Below, piece after piece: positions 59,352 to 64,000 of a DNA stretch of 64,000 nt; the stretch's first letter is position 1; each line of letters opens with the position of its first letter. The position numbers and the translations under genes were made by a program. The stretch is taken from positions 6,415 to 70,414 of the forward strand of contig CABUBH010000005.1 of NCBI GenBank assembly GCA_902489775.1, written 5' to 3'. Under the pieces are notes generated by a model that had not been told where the DNA came from, searched no databases, and saw only the letters and a list, made by a program, of their open reading frames with translations. The stretch is from an uncultured Collinsella sp. (lineage in GTDB: Bacteria; Actinomycetota; Coriobacteriia; Coriobacteriales; Coriobacteriaceae).

Positions 59352-60797
59352 ATGGCGAACAACCATACCGCGGGCGCTGCCGCCCGCACCTTCGCGCCCA
59401 GCGAGCTTTGCCAGCGTATGCTGGCCAAAACCAGCAAGGGCACCTGCGGTCCCTGCATCCTGTATCTTGAGGATGGGACCATTTTTTATGGACGTGCATG
59501 CGGCGCCGCGGGCACCGCGACCGGCGAAGTCTGCTTCAACACCTCGCTCGAGGGCTACTTTGAGGTCATGACCGACCCGAGTTATGCCGGCCAAATCGTA
59601 ACCATGACCTATCCGCAGATCGGCAACTACGGTATCGACGAGACCGACGTCCAGTCGGCCTTCCCCGGCGACGACGTGCGCCCTGCGAGCGCTCCGGCTA
59701 TGCGCGGCATGATCGTTCGCGATATGTGCGCCACGCCTTCTAACTGGCGCTCGGCCGTCAGCGTGCCGGAGTACCTGCGCGCCCACGGCATCGTCGCTAT
59801 CGAGGGTGTCGACACCCGCGCTCTGGTGCGCCATCTGCGCGACAATGGTTCCAAGATGGGCATTATCTCGACCGAGATCTTCGACGTCGACGAGCTTGCC
59901 GAGCGTCTGGCCGCAGCGCCCACGCTGGTAGGCGAGAACCTGGTGAAGACCGTAAGTTGCCCCGCGCCTCACGAGTTTGTGGCCGCCGACCTGCCTGCCA
60001 CGCATGACTTTGCACTTGCGGTTGCCGCTCCTGCCCGTCACAAAGTGGTCGCCTACGACTGCGGCGTCAAGCGCGGCATTCTGGAGGGCCTCGTCCGCGC
60101 CGGCTGCGACCTTACTGTCGTGCCGTGGGATACGCCCGCGAGTGAGGTGCTCGACATGAATCCCGATGGCGTCTTTTTGTCCAACGGTCCTGGCGACCCC
60201 GATGCCGTGGTGGAGACCTACGAGCAGGTGCAGCAACTGATCGGCAAGGTGCCGGTCTTTGGCATTTGCCTGGGTCACCAGATGATCAGCCTGGCCTGCG
60301 GCGCCCAGATGGAAAAGCTTAAGTTCGGTCACCGCGGTGGCAACCAGCCGGTTATGAACCTGGTGAGCCGCCGCGTGGAGATTACCGCGCAAAACCACGG
60401 CTTTGGCCTGCTGTTCCCCAGCCTGGGCAAGCTGATTCCCGAGCTTTCTGGCGGCGAGACCGAGCATGCGGCCGACGGCGATCTGCGCGCCTGGGTGCGC
60501 CGCGGCATCGCGCCGGTCGTGATGAACGAGCGCTTCGGCCGCATTCGCCTGACGCATGTGAACCTCAACGACGGCACCGCCGAGGGCATCCAGCTGCTCG
60601 ACGCCCCGTGCTTCTCGGTCCAGTACCACCCCGAGGCCTCGCCCGGCCCCACCGATGCCCACTACCTCTTTACCGCCTTTACGCGACTCATGGACGGCGA
60701 GGAGAACTACCTGGACATCGACACCGCGAAGGACCGCCTGCAGGGGTGGAACTTTGCTGAGTCCGAGACTGCCGCGACCGAGACCGAGGAGAACTAA
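59352..60797 (+). CDS. carA: carbamoyl-phosphate synthase small (glutaminase) subunit
   Basis: [26 protein letters not shown], and catalytic GICLGHQ. ATG after GAAGGAG. Confidence 0.95.
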   Translation: MANNHTAGAAARTFAPSELCQRMLAKTSKGTCGPCILYLEDGTIFYGRACGAAGTATGEVCFNTSLEGYFEVMTDPSYAGQIVTMTYPQIGNYGIDETDVQSAFPGDDVRPASAPAMRGMIVRDMCATPSNWRSAVSVPEYLRAHGIVAIEGVDTRALVRHLRDNGSKMGIISTEIFDVDELAERLAAAPTLVGENLVKTVSCPAPHEFVAADLPATHDFALAVAAPARHKVVAYDCGVKRGILEGLVRAGCDLTVVPWDTPASEVLDMNPDGVFLSNGPGDPDAVVETYEQVQQLIGKVPVFGICLGHQMISLACGAQMEKLKFGHRGGNQPVMNLVSRRVEITAQNHGFGLLFPSLGKLIPELSGGETEHAADGDLRAWVRRGIAPVVMNERFGRIRLTHVNLNDGTAEGIQLLDAPCFSVQYHPEASPGPTDAHYLFTAFTRLMDGEENYLDIDTAKDRLQGWNFAESETAATETEEN

Positions 60798-60798
60798 C

Positions 60799-63999
<3,201 letters not shown>

Positions 64000-64000
64000 A

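Overview
High-GC (roughly 55-62% in hand-counted samples) Actinomycetota chromosome segment, Coriobacteriia-like by gene content. It spans the replication origin. The minus strand carries rpmH-rnpA-yidD-yidC-jag, then rsmG-parA-parB. The plus strand carries dnaA-dnaN-recF-DUF721(DciA-like)-gyrB-gyrA, followed by a free-standing tRNA Ile-Ala-Ile cluster. Housekeeping blocks lie on both sides: purB, ddl, an exonuclease-DinG helicase, rlmN, typA, rpsF-ssb-rpsR-rplI-dnaB, purA, purD, a Nudix hydrolase, an ABC exporter and carAB. The left third is accessory or surface-related. It holds a substrate-binding protein plus GGDEF cyclase operon, two very large LPXTG-anchored adhesins (one Big_2-repeat, one thioester/TQXA plus Cna-B) flanking purB and tRNA-Gly, a membrane M28-like protein split by a huge acidic disordered insert, and a PafBC-like pair of WYL regulators. 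No rRNA, CRISPR array or recognisable transposase/integrase is present. Most notable observations: (1) an uncharacterised GHKL-ATPase / Q-P-Y-rich / winged-helix gene sits between rpmH and dnaA, inside a bipartite origin marked by a repeated 13-mer; (2) a ~3 kb low-GC island carries the whole parABS-rsmG module, with three perfect parS sites at 39-bp spacing; (3) a 1.27-kb cassette encodes a DUF559/Vsr-like endonuclease, is bounded by ~80-bp inverted hairpin repeats and lies next to two tRNA-Ser genes; (4) a G11/C11 tract sits in the putative promoter spacer of the Big_2 adhesin; (5) a structured intergenic element with a conserved 43-nt core occurs twice. The ORF track omits ORFs that run off the window; I added the partial lipoprotein at the left edge and carB at the right edge by my own translation. 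The many long antisense ORFs are treated as high-GC shadow ORFs.
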